This document shows, one piece after another, positions 27,650 through 38,457 of a DNA stretch of 50,987 bases. How positions within the stretch are numbered: position 1 is the first letter of the stretch; the number at the start of each line of letters is the position of its first letter. The DNA lies in the NCBI GenBank assembly GCA_965655095.1, contig OZ296649.1:84196001-84246987 (forward strand). Direction: 5' to 3'. This stretch comes from Haplodiscus bocki (Eukaryota). The position numbers and the translations under genes are program-made. The notes under the pieces were generated by a model. It did not search any database. It was given only the letters and a program-made list of their open reading frames with translations, and had not been told where the DNA came from.

Positions 27650-29950
27650 TTTCTGATGCATAGAATTTCACCCATGTTAATATTTTTGAACGAGCCTGTA
27701 CAGTTAGAAACTTATCAATTGAGGTGTTAATGGATGCAAACCAGCCAGCACTTTGGAGAAAACTAGGAACTTTGCTACGAGCACCCTTGAATTGGCAGAA
27801 TGCTGCAGTAACAGTATTTAAAAAAACATGAAGCAGATTTTTAAATTTAAGGTTTTCCCTTCGTGAATTCTTACGATGGAAGATGAAAGTTATGCAACTG
27901 ACATAAACCCTATTATGAAACACTTACATTGTCTTTTATCACTTACTTAAAAAGTCAGCAGCTTATGCAACCTTCTATTTGTAAAACTGTATGCAAATAG
28001 AACCTTAAATAGAAAGCCATTCTGTTTTGTGCCGTATGGTATGAACACGATTTTGGTCTATATAACGAGCCTTGAGCTGCCGTGCATGTCTGTGACAACA
28101 GCGTGTAACATTGCATGATGACTAGTTGATCTCGGCCAAAACCTCAAGTTAATAAATTAATGCCCAGTTGTCAGTGGTAATTTACAGTACTTGCTAACTG
28201 TGTCACCTAAGAGAGTTAAGATCTCGAGCATTTTTTGTCCAATTACAAAGTTTTTAATCAACTTTTCCAAATAATTAAAAAACAAGAGTACTGTTTGGAG
28301 TCTAGTTTTTAAAAGTTTTCCACAATCATTAATTCCACCACTGACTTCTACGATTCTTGGCGTTATCGATTCATCATGCCTCCGAAGCAAAGTACCAAAC
28401 CCGAGAAACTTTTTTGAATCACCTTTTGAAAATTTGAAACTAACTTGTGAGATTTTAATAACGCAAATCCATACAGTACTTTCAGAGAAAATGAGTTTGA
28501 CTATAAAGAAAAGCCACTACACGTCACACTTCTGTCAAGTTCAAGCTGAAACACTATGAAGGCAGGGAACATATTTCTAATTGTATTTAATGAGTAACTT
28601 TTTACACAAAAGAATTTGTCAAATGAAGGCTTGGTGAAAGAAGTCCAATCGATAGTTTTGGAGGAATGGGTTGGAATCTCATAAGAGAACCACATGCATA
28701 TTGACATTTTGGAACTTTCAGTTAAACAAGTTTTCTGCTGAGACCGATAAAACTTAAAGTATCCAATTTCAAAACTGTTCACAAATGGAATTTTTCTTGA
28801 TGAAGAAATGCAGCCGGTAGCTCTGGAAAAAAATGATTCTCATACAAAGTAGAATCATACCTAAACATAACTTTTGGCAAAATAGGGTATCAAATTTTTC
28901 AAAAGACAACGAAAAAAAACCAAAATGAAAATATCTTGTACAAAACAAAAAATGCTGGTTGAGACCATGCCGGAAAAAATCTTGACAGCTGCTCTGAGGG
29001 AAGCCGAGTTTGAAAATCAAAACGAGTCGGAACAAAAATCAATTTATAGCTTGTTTCCGATGCGAAGAAATAAATGCATTAATTGGGAAACCAATAAATT
29101 TTAAGGAGTACAAAAAGGTCGATTGATACCCTAATGCACGATATGCAGCCACTAGTTTTGAAACACAAAAGGTACGATTCACAGGAAAAGTCCAGAACTT
29201 TTGCACTTTCTGGCTTTTGCGGTCCTCAAAGTTTCCAATGAGAGAATCGCTTTCAATACGTTTGTGATTAAACGATGTTCTGCTGTAACAAAGTTTTTGA
29301 AAGAGACCTGGAAATCGAAAACTTAGCGGATTGTTTTGAGTAACTCGAATTTGAGAACCAAGGCAATTCATATAGGTATGCATTTATTGGCACTTTCCGC
29401 TTCTCAACCTTGCGTTGCTAAGAACCAGGCGCAACAAATGACCTTCCCGTATGTTTTTACAAGTAATAAAAGGTTGAATGATACCCTCATGAGTAAAGAC
29501 AGCAACTGGTTGTTGAGACAGGCAGGTTACTTTTTCCGGAGAAATCAGATCACTAATTTTCGCAACTTTTTTGTAACATCGGTCCGTAAAGTTTGCAATG
29601 CAATGACATTTCCCGGGAACGTTTTAGTTGTTCAATGTTTTTCAGATGACAATTTGCTGATTGCAGGCATTTTAGCCGAACTCGAGAAGTTGTTTTAACA
29701 AGGAATGTTTTCTGTTTATCAAGACGATTCATACGAAAATGCACATCTTGACAACTTCGCCGTATCAATTTTCCGTTCCGAAGCAGGAAACACCAAATTG
29801 GACAGTTGACTTGCAATTCATAAGTACAGAAACACTGACTGAGACAATGATTGAAAAAACGTAGCCGGTAGTTTAGGCAAAATTGAGGTTTGAGTTGCCA
29901 GACAAATCAATCCTGTGCACACGTTTTAGTAAATTGCATCCTTTTAAGTT
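27650..29950 (-). mobile_element. Decayed RTE-like LINE ORF
   Basis: Minus-strand fragments in RTE order: QKLCLGMILLCM (cf. KVF.R.IL.R), SYEIPTHSSKTI (cf. YGIP.K....I), IRNMFPAFIVFQLELD (cf. VRQGC.LSP.LFN..LD) and GTLLRRHDESITPRI (cf. LGS.L..DG..D.EI..RI). Confidence 0.45.
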
Positions 29951-31179
29951 CTGATGGAAGAATCGTTATCAGAAATTTTAGTAGAAACGGATGTTTTAAA
30001 AATTGGAAAATGTCTGTTGAGATTTAATGGAACACTTATAGCTAGTAGAATTTAGGAATAAGTAGTTTTATTACCAAGATTGATCAAAAGACAACGCAGT
30101 TCTTGCTCACATCAGTCAAAATGTTTTCTGTTGGGGACGTCTGTTAGCAAAAAAAACGATTACTGAAGAACGTTTTACAAGATAGCAGTAGTTGAACAGG
30201 ACGTTAAAGGATGAAAAATAGCAGGTAGTTCTGAGAATAAATCGGTTTTCTTATAACTTAATTTGTAATTGCTAATCTATTTGTATAAAATTTTCAGCAG
30301 ATATGATCTTTGTTTCAGTTGTTAGTTATTTAAAATTTAAACCAAACTACATGTTAAATTAACATGCGATAAGTAAAAAAATGCCGATTTTGGCCTTCAT
30401 AGAAGAAGTCCCTTCGGTAGTTTTGAAGGAAAACAACTTCGAATATCGGCAGTGACAGAACACGTTATATTTGTTAATCCTGTCTGGCGCTAAGGATCAT
30501 ACAACGAAGACGACGAAGTGTTCCAGGAAAAGTGTGCATGAATTACGTTTCTTATGCTTGAGGCCCAGATACGAGAACGGTTTGCAGGTACTCAAGCAGT
30601 CTTTTTGGGGAAAAAATCCATCTTTCCAATTCTTTTTTTAAAATGAATGTTTATTTTTTTGGATGGTTGAAGAATATTGAAGTGCTTAATTTTTGCTGAT
30701 CTCTCCAAAATGCAGGACAAGTTTAGTTGAGTCTCTATCTTGGAAAAGCAATTTTTCCGAAAACAAAAAACCCTAAACTATAATAAGAAAAACTAGTGTG
30801 GAGAAAAAACAGAATCGAAAATTTACAATTTTTTCAGGAAAAATCAAAACAGCTGGGAATAAAATTGGTGATTTCTACGTTGGAGCTAACCATTTAAAGT
30901 GACGCAGCATTTAGGTATTATAAAGGAGGCTCATGAATCTGCGACACGAAATCTATATGGCAATAGCAAAATCTGGAAGAAGAAAAACGTGCATAACTGA
31001 AGTGACCTCTTTCGTTTTTGAAAAGTTGTGGACGGAAACCACTACAAGTTGAAAACATGTCATATTTGCGGCTGCTCATCTATTTGGCGCGAAAGCTTCG
31101 GTAAACCATAGAAAAGTATCACAAAAAACGTCGAAATAATATTTCATATTATCACAGTACTGAAAAAATAGTAAAGAGT

Positions 31180-32095
31180 CCTTTTGGTACTCCTGGAAGT
31201 TTCTAGTGTTCTCGGAAATCTTCGGGGCAGCCTACCTGTCCAGTGCAAAAATCATGGTCAATAATCAAAGAAAATCAATAATCAAAGAAAAATTATCAAA
31301 AAGAATTGTAGAAAAGTTTTTCTCTGCCAGTGAAAAATCATGAGGAGGCCTTCAGGTTTTTCTGAGCTTTTCTGGTACCAAAAGACAATGCAGAACTGGG
31401 GTATCACAATTTTCCGTAAGATACTTTCTTCCCTGACAAAGCAAAATAAATTGAACACGACACTTTGTGTGTTTCTGAAAGCTTCTGTTATCGAAAATGT
31501 CTGTCCATAAGAGGGTGTAGCACGAGTTTTCGTCGAGAAGTTTTTGTGTCACGGAATCGAAATTTTTCGTGAACGCTTTTTTTGAGTTGGTGAGTACTTG
31601 CCTGTGTTTGGCATAGACGGCACTTGTATGTTTTGACCTATTATAAAAAGGATAGCAATTTCGGGGAGAAAATAGAAACGTTGTTGTGATCTTTTGAATA
31701 TCAATAAGAAAAGTCAGATAATTAGTGTTATAAATAAAGTTAAAAATTATTGTAACAAAACTAATAGAAACAAAAATAATCAAAATAATAATAATAGTAA
31801 TAATAATATTATGCATAAAACTTTTAAGAATAATGTTTTTCAAAAGTATCTAGAAAATTCAGCATTTTGTTTTACGAAGCACTCAATAAAAAATGGCGGA
31901 AGATATTAATTTTGATTGTAGTTGAAAAAACCATCCTCCCAATTGTAATTTGTACTGTTGCAGTAAAAAGTATATAGGTTAATGCTGCAATTCGAACCCG
32001 TACCTAACGCTTCACAAATTTGTTGACCTACTCTTTTTGCCATTAGAGCAAACGAAAATTCTGACAAATATCAATAAAATCATAAAAAATATCTG
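31180..32095 (-). mobile_element. Older, diverged HINE family A-like copy on the minus strand, interrupted by an AAT-rich tract
   Basis: The reverse complement contains the head (GAGTAGGTCAACAAATTTGTGAAGCGTTAGGTACGGGTTCGAATTGC, ~31985-32035) and satellite-like units (CGATTCCGTGACACAAAAACTTCTCGACGAAAA, ~31525-31560). Boundaries are approximate. Confidence 0.6.
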
Positions 32096-33406
32096 TAAGT
32101 TGTCTCCTCTGGGTCTGAGTCCATGGAGTGAATGGACCGGTAGATAGAGGCATCAACTTCAGGGGAAAGATCATTCTTGGAACGTTCCTCGGTCGGTTTC
32201 TGGTTTTCTAATTTTGAACTCCGGGATATTTCCGGAGCGAGCATCGGTTGTACCCTGACTTGCGGAATCAGAATAAAATCATCAAAGTTAGACAGAGCAC
32301 CCAGAATTTGGCTCTCTGTCCTACTGAAGTCCTGAGATAACCTACTGAAGTCCTACTGAAGTCGCCAGATAGAATGGCTTTGCGACTTAATACACGAATT
32401 AAAAGATGAGCAGTCTTTCGAATGCCACGAAAAGACTTCATCATTTGGAGCAAGTAGTTCTTGCTCAAGGAAAGCTTTTCTCTCTGATAATGGGTCTATT
32501 ATTGCTATCTTGACTTTTATAACGTTCTCAATAACGTTTCAAACTGCATGAGTCCGAGCGCGCAAAAAAAAGTAAAACACCAATGAATGCTCTAATTTTT
32601 TTGTACTAACGAGGCGCGGTCGGAAATCCATTCGAAACTTTTCAGTTATGTCTTTCTTATGAGTCCCTCGAGAATTTTTTGGAAGAGAATGTGAAGAAGA
32701 GTTCATCCAATATGAGTTCGTTTTCCTTCTTTTCAATCAACACCTTTTGCCTTTAAATGTTAAAAGACTGCTTTCCGACAAAAAAGTTTTTTTGAATTTT
32801 AGGAAAGAATAAAAGCCACGTTACTTGTTTTTATACTGCGAACTTTAAGGGTATAGAAACTTGCAAGAATTTTTTGAGACACTTGTAGTCCTTACAAGAT
32901 TATAAAGAACTTACGAGAATCTTTCAATTATATCTATTTCTTCTTCGCGACGAACAAGGATTGTGTTACGTATGCTTTAGAGTGCCCTTAGTTTTGTCTG
33001 TTACCGACTGAGTCATCTTTAATTCAAATGCTGCAAGCAATTTTAATCCACATTAAAAGCAATGCCTTAAGTTCCAGTCATCTTGTTTATTTGATGATAC
33101 ATGTAGCCGCCATCTGCGTCACATAAAAATCTGGGAAGCGAAATTGTTCTAAATTCGAGGTATTTTCTTAACCTCGACCTCCTCATAATCTTCTTTCTTG
33201 TCCAATTAAATTTGCACCCCGTAAAATACGAAGACCCATTTTTTCAGTACTTCTTGCATATACTTGGGTCGAATTCATTGAAAACATTCCTGGTTTTACA
33301 ATCAATAAATTGCAATTGTGTAAATTTTAATCAATTCTGTGAAAGCGATCTCTTTGAAGTTGTTTTGATTTTCGGCGTGGTATTTTGTTTTGTTTTGTTT
33401 TTTTAG

Positions 33407-33575
33407 GCTTTCTTCTTCATCCTGCCACATGTGTTGTGGAGATCAATCTACGTGTACTCGGGCTTTGATTTCGAACAAGTGACCAAGCATGCATCCAGCT
33501 TTCAAGTACAGATAGATGAGATTGCATGGAGAACTCTGATCACTAGGTTGTCCAGACACATCGATCGATATCTTG
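33407..33575 (+). CDS. inx: Innexin exon (end of TM2 and cytoplasmic loop)
   Basis: Long poly-T tract plus AG at 33405-33406 (phase 0). AFFFILPHVLWRSIYVYSGFDFEQ...RHIDRYL continues the LQ|A..F..P..LW motif. Donor G|GTACAG at 33576 (phase 1). Confidence 0.93.
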
Positions 33576-34172
33576 GTACAGTAATTGAATTGTTACCGCC
33601 TGCAGACATTACTAGGGCAGGCAGCCGGGCGGGTGGCTGGGTATCCGGTCGGCAGGCAGCAGATTTTACCCCAATTCATATCTCATCCGCCACGCTTTTT
33701 ACATTTTCTACCCGTGTTGGCCCCGCCTTCAATACTGAAATGCCCTTGCTTTCCTTAAATTTGTACCTTGAAATGTACCAAAACAGTGAACGAAAAGAAA
33801 AACATTTGTTCTTTTGGAAATAGAGTCAGTTTGATGTCAATTTTGTTCTTATTATCAATTAAAAACTGCTTCCTGATTTTCGCGCTATTTTTTAGATCAC
33901 CAACAAGGTTCTATTCCGCAAGAATTTTTTCATCTGCATTGCGACATGAATTAAACGGCAATTCAATGTATCGCGTAATATCGACGAACGAAGGACTTTT
34001 GAAAATACTCTATTTTGTTAGGAATGAAAGACGTCAAGTTCATCTGAAGACAAGATGTGAAGTCCGGATGATATTTAGGCGAGCGAAGAGGTAGATAGAT
34101 ATAGGCTTAGGTAGGGCAAACGAAGCCGAAAGGGGCTAAGGCAAGTCTCATATTCTTTTTTAATTTTTCCAG

Positions 34173-34352
34173 AATTGCAGAAGTCCGCGGGGGACACCTG
34201 GTGCAGCAAGTTCCGGTCTATTCTAAGTGGAAGGTGCATCGTGTCCATCAGCCGACACTATGGAAACTTCCTCACTTACACATACCCGGCAGTCAAATTT
34301 CTTTTCATAGTTAACATAGTGGGACAGATGTTTGTCTTATCCCTCTGGCTAG
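34173..34352 (+). CDS. inx: Innexin exon (cytoplasmic loop and TM3)
   Basis: Acceptor ttttccAG at 34171-34172 (phase 1). (E)LQKSAGDTWCSKF...YGNFLTYTYPAVKFLFIVNIVGQMFVLSLWL matches the innexin G.YL...Y...K.L...N...Q pattern. Donor G|GTAATT at 34353. Confidence 0.92.
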
Positions 34353-34474
34353 GTAATTCACTCAATCATTTTAACCCCTGGATTTTTTCAACCAATTATC
34401 GATACATTTCTGACGCTTTCATGCTTTCTTTCACACCCCAATGACAGCATGGTAATGGTTGAAATTGGTTTCAG

Positions 34475-34668
34475 GGGAAGATTACCGCTGGTATGGAATT
34501 GATGTCATCTTTAGCATGGCCATGGAGGGGAAGAGATTAAGTGACGTCACGAATTTGTTCCCTAGGATAACTTGGTGTAAAATCCAAGAACGGAAAATGG
34601 AAAGCATTCTCACCCATCAGATGAATTGTGTACTGCCTATTAACTTGTTTAACGAAATGGTTTTCCTC
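34475..34668 (+). CDS. inx: Innexin exon (extracellular loop 2 and start of TM4)
   Basis: Acceptor tttcAG at 34473-34474 (phase 1). (G)EDYRWYGIDV...FPRITWC...NCVLPINLFNEMVFL contains the FPR.T.C and C.LP.N..NE motifs. Donor CTC|GTTAGT at 34669 (phase 0). Confidence 0.95.
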
Positions 34669-34943
34669 GTTAGTATGGCTTCTTTGTGCTATAAATTCTT
34701 CTGTATTCATAGGATCTAGTCTCCAAGCCACAATAAAAAAGGGTTGCTTTTTAAAAGAACTTTTGCTTCATTGTAAAGAGCAAATCATGCAATAACAGGG
34801 ATTGTTCACTTTTGGAGAAAAGGATTAAATGAAAAGTGGTTTCGGCCATTGAATTGAAGGCAACCATTGTATTTACTCTTTAGGCATTAACTCAATATTT
34901 CAAGAAAAAGGCCTAAAAATGAAACTAATAATAATATTGAAAC

Positions 34944-35025
<82 letters not shown>
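34944..35025 (+). repeat. Perfect (TAA/AAT)n microsatellite, about 27 units
   Basis: Read directly from the sequence. Confidence 0.98.
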
Positions 35026-35428
35026 TGTCACGTGGTACTTCGGGGCCAGAGTTTTGTGTAATCTGGCTGCGGAAGATGCCTGCTTCAGGATGAGGATCAC
35101 TCTGGGAGTCGTCCTCATTCATTCCCTCGTTTTCCACATTTGTGTTCCGGAATGTTCCCGGAACGGTTTCGGAATGCGTCTGTATATGTTGGTTCAAGAG
35201 ATTTTCGTCTAATTTAGACTGAGCACCCAAAATGCGGGACTCTGGCCGCCTGAACTCCTGGGACAGTTTTTCAGTGACTTTGCCTTCAATCTCCTCAGAA
35301 AGTTGTGTGATATATTCCTCTTTAATTCTAGGAACGGACGTATTTCGTGACTGGCAGTTCCTATGATGTTCCTCTTGTGTTTCTCTTGTAACGGCTGCCA
35401 ACTTTCGTTTGTTTCTCAACGTTGCCAT
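35026..35428 (-). pseudogene. LTR-borne, truncated N-terminus of a retroelement ORF (gag-like, MATLRNKRKLAAVTRETQEEH...)
   Basis: ATG in GATGG context, with ~134 open codons including a coiled-coil-like segment (EEYITQLSEEIEGKVTEKLSQEF). It is cut exactly at the element boundary and reads on into (TAT)n. Confidence 0.6.
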
Positions 35429-35609
35429 CTTTTTGAAGGGAAAATGCTACGTAGTTATGAAGACTGAATTAGTTTGTATTTGTTAATTAACTTGAGATTA
35501 TAACAAAAAGTGTTATTTTTTAGAATAAACGACTAGTCACAATCAGTAAAGTCAACTGATATTCAAAGTGATATTAGGGATCTGTCCTCTAGTACTTTCA
35601 ATTCTCTTA

Positions 35610-35728
35610 TTTATACCTTTTCCATGGCGGGAAACATAACTGTTTGCACGTCAAGTAAAGGTACAAAGTAGGGAAAAATACTTTACTCATAATAATTACA
35701 AAGGAAATATGCCGACTCTGGCGGGAAA
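35610..35728 (-). promoter_or_regulatory. Putative LTR promoter: two E2F-type TTTCCCGCCA motifs upstream of a TATAAA box
   Basis: TGGCGGGAAA at 35625-35634 and 35719-35728. TTTATA at 35610-35615 (TATAAA on the minus strand), ~180 bp upstream of the ORF ATG. Confidence 0.5.
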
Positions 35729-36240
35729 TAAACAGCTTTCCCTCCATTTCTTCATTTACAGACCGCGTCTTTTCCATCTTTCGACGGAGAATATACTGAG
35801 GAGAATGAATCTGGTGGCCACGTAGACGTTCCGTGTTGGTGCAAATTGAGGCAGCATAAAAGCAGAACGTATTGGTTGAAATTTTTGGGACGTCACCAGA
35901 TCGGTAGCGACGGAACGCGTACGTAACAAAATATTCATTCCTAGCCTAGAGTAGCTACTAGGTAGGTACGTGTTCGTTTTGTAAAAGTTCCGTCCCAATC
36001 TGGATGAGTACACGGAGTGCTACGTGTAAAATACGTAGAATTTACATGAAAATTTACTAGGCAGTGATACGTATTTGATACGTATCAACTACATGTAAAA
36101 ACAATGGTATTTTACTGCAATAACATTATATGAGTGGAAATAGAAAAGTCTAAAGTTTCAATACAGTTTCTTCCTATTTTCAGGCAATCCGGGCATGTCC
36201 TTTTCTTTATGCCCGTAGGCTTCGCTGCTATACTGCGACA

Positions 36241-36845
36241 ATAATAATAATAATAATAATAAAAATAATAATATTAATAATTATATTAATAAAAATAATA
36301 ATAATAAAACTAAATATAAAAATTTCAAAAAAAGTATTAAAAATGATAAAAATAACATTATTGATAATGAAAAACGCTATTGAAAAATAATGCTGAAAAA
36401 CAAAAATAATATTAACAAAAAAAAGGTAACAAAATAAATTTTTAGAAAAACACTTTTCAAATAACAATAAAATTAATAATAATAATATTATTGATAATAA
36501 GAACAATAATAAAATTTTTTTAATTTTCATTTTATTATTAATAATTTTGATATTATTAATACCAACAACAACAAAAAGATTAATAATAAAACCAAAAATT
36601 ATGATAACATTAAGAAAATCAATAATTTTAAAAATAGGATTATTACTATAACAAAAACAACAATAGCGGAGAAACAATAATAATAATTAGAAAATTGACA
36701 TAAAGAGAAGACTGATACAATAGATACAATCAAAAAGAATAACAATATTAAAACAAAAAAGAAAACATAACACTTACAATAATATTAAGAAAACAATGAT
36801 TTTCCAAAATAATAATAACAAAAAAATTGAACTTATCGTGAAAAT
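36241..36845 (+). repeat. Degenerate (AAT)n low-complexity tract
   Basis: Starts as perfect AAT units and decays into A/T-rich 3-periodic sequence. Confidence 0.85.
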
Positions 36846-38457
36846 AACAAGACACCCGCCTACCCCAGGATATTTTGAGCCCCTCCAATTTTTTCAGAAA
36901 GGCCCTCTAGAACGATGAAAGCGCAAATTTTGAAAGAAAACTTCAACAAACTTTTATTTCATCGGAAATCAAAAAATTTCTCTTTTTTGCAAAACCCTAA
37001 AATAGGTGAGAAATGACATTTATAAAAATTGATGCTTCAGCAAAAGTGCCTCATTTACTCATTTTGAAAAAAAAATCAAGTTTTCGATTCAGTACGTATT
37101 TCAGAAATCTTTCCAATTCAATTGCATTCTACGGAATATATGCTAAAAACGATAGGAATATTTTGAGAAGGGAAAAATACTTTCTGAGAAAAACAGATAG
37201 TAATATTCTTACTTTTTGCGTTTTAGCGCAACATTTTTGATCATTTTGCAGAAACATTTCGGCAGGGTTGTTAAAACTGCAATCTACATGTCCAAAGTAA
37301 CATTTTGAGGAATGAAGTTTCTAATAACTTAATAACCTTACTAACATCAAAAACCTTACTTACTGACATTGCTAACCTAACTAATTCTACTGACGTTAAC
37401 AACCTTATTGACCCTACTAACACTACTAACCATTAAAACCGTACTAACCCCACTAACTTTACTAACTTAACTAACGTTCCTAACTTCACTAACCTCGCCA
37501 ACCACGCCAACCTCGCTAGCATCGCCAATCTCCACAATATCGACAATCTCGACAATCTCTGAAAGCTGAACAATCTGGGAAACTTAGGCAATCTCTGCAA
37601 ATTGAGCCGGAAATCTCGACGATATCGGCAACCTCGGCAATATCGGCAACCTCGAAAATCATGGAAATTTCGGCAAAATCGACAAGCTAGGAAAAATTGG
37701 CAATCTCGGCAAAATCGGCAATCTCAGAAATCATGGAAATTTCGGCAAAATCGACAAGCTCGAAAATATTGGCAATCTCGGCAAAATCGGCAATCTCGGA
37801 AATCCCACCAATACCAGCAATCTTAGCAATCTCGGCAATATCGGCAATTTTGGAAATATGGGCAATATCGTCAATCTCCGCAACCGCAGCAACATCGACA
37901 ATCTTGTGATATTTGGCAGGCAATCTCAGCAACCTCACCAATCTGGGCAGTTCCAGCAACCTCCGCTATCTCGGCAATCTCGGCAGTATGGCAACCTCGG
38001 CAATATTAGCAAAATCGGCAATCTCAGCAACCTCGGCAATCCCAGCAATCTCGGCAATATCAGCAACCTGGGTAATATCGGCAATCTTAGCAATCACGGA
38101 ATTCTCGGCAAAATCCGCTACCTGGGAAATATTGGCAATCTCGGCATTTTTAGCAATATCGGCGATCCCAGCATTCTCGGCAATCTCGGCAAAATCGGCA
38201 GGTTCGGCAATTTGGGAAAAGTGGCAAAATCGTCAATCTGGACAATTTCGTCATTTTCGGCAGCCTCTGCAAATTCGGCAGTCCAGCAACCTTGGCAATG
38301 TCGGCAACCTCGCAAAACTTAATTTCTCTCAAACGTCGACAATTTTGACAGACATCGTTTTGAGCGTGAACGCAATTGTCAAATTTCGGTTAAGAAAACT
38401 TTCTGTCTGAGAAAACGATTTTGTTTTCCATATTCCAAAAAAGATGATGCAAAAAAA
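36846..38457 (-). mobile_element. HINE-like element, family B, carrying a 9-bp minisatellite
   Basis: The left end AACAAGACACCCGCCTACCCCAGGATATTTT resembles the family A 3' end (reverse complement). 37250-37310 and 38350-38480 align to 11370-11420 and 11610-11735. Both ends match the reverse complement of 44932-45397. Confidence 0.65.
37320..38320 (+). repeat. 9-bp-period minisatellite (ACTAACCTT-type grading into GGCAATCTC-type) with a 72-bp higher-order duplication
   Basis: The 9-nt periodicity is directly visible. AAATCATGGAAATTTCGGCAAAATCGACAAGCT occurs at 37656 and 37728. Confidence 0.92.

Larger units (their letters stand above)
406..33406 (+). other. 33,001-bp phase-0 intron of the innexin gene, filled with transposon remnants
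   Basis: GTAAGC...ttttAG ends. The flanking exons join seamlessly within TM2 (LFLQ|AFFFILP). Confidence 0.9.
35026..36240 (-). mobile_element. Solo LTR (1,215 bp) of a probable Gypsy-type retrotransposon inserted in an (AAT)n microsatellite
   Basis: Termini TGTCAC...GCGACA (TG..CA, imperfect 6-bp inverted repeat), flanked on both sides by ATAAT (35021-35025 and 36241-36245). Contains a minus-strand ORF that runs off the element end. Confidence 0.78.

Noticed and set aside
30350-33200. Possible zinc-knuckle remnants (KTCHICG at ~31055 on +; HSKDCSSFNSCIK at ~32410 on -)
   Set aside because: The knuckles are incomplete and have no supporting motifs, so the family cannot be assigned.
33576-33823. 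Extension of ORF 33431-33823 as innexin coding sequence
   Set aside because: Innexin similarity ends at the donor site and the rest is intron read-through. The same applies to 100-196, 406-489, 34353-34444 and 34669-34719.
34900-35212. Poly-Ile ORFs on both strands
   Set aside because: They are translations of the (AAT)n microsatellite.
36228-36677. Hydrophobic Ile/Phe-rich 'membrane protein' ORFs (also 31352-31843 and 41109-41354)
   Set aside because: Artefacts of degenerate AAT/ATT low-complexity tracts. No mitochondrial gene motifs were recognised, so they are not called as NUMTs.
37602-38410. Overlapping repetitive ORFs (RQS, AISA and GNL repeats) resembling antifreeze or structural proteins
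   Set aside because: Open in several frames on both strands because the 9-bp unit lacks stops. The array sits inside a dispersed repeat and has no splice context.
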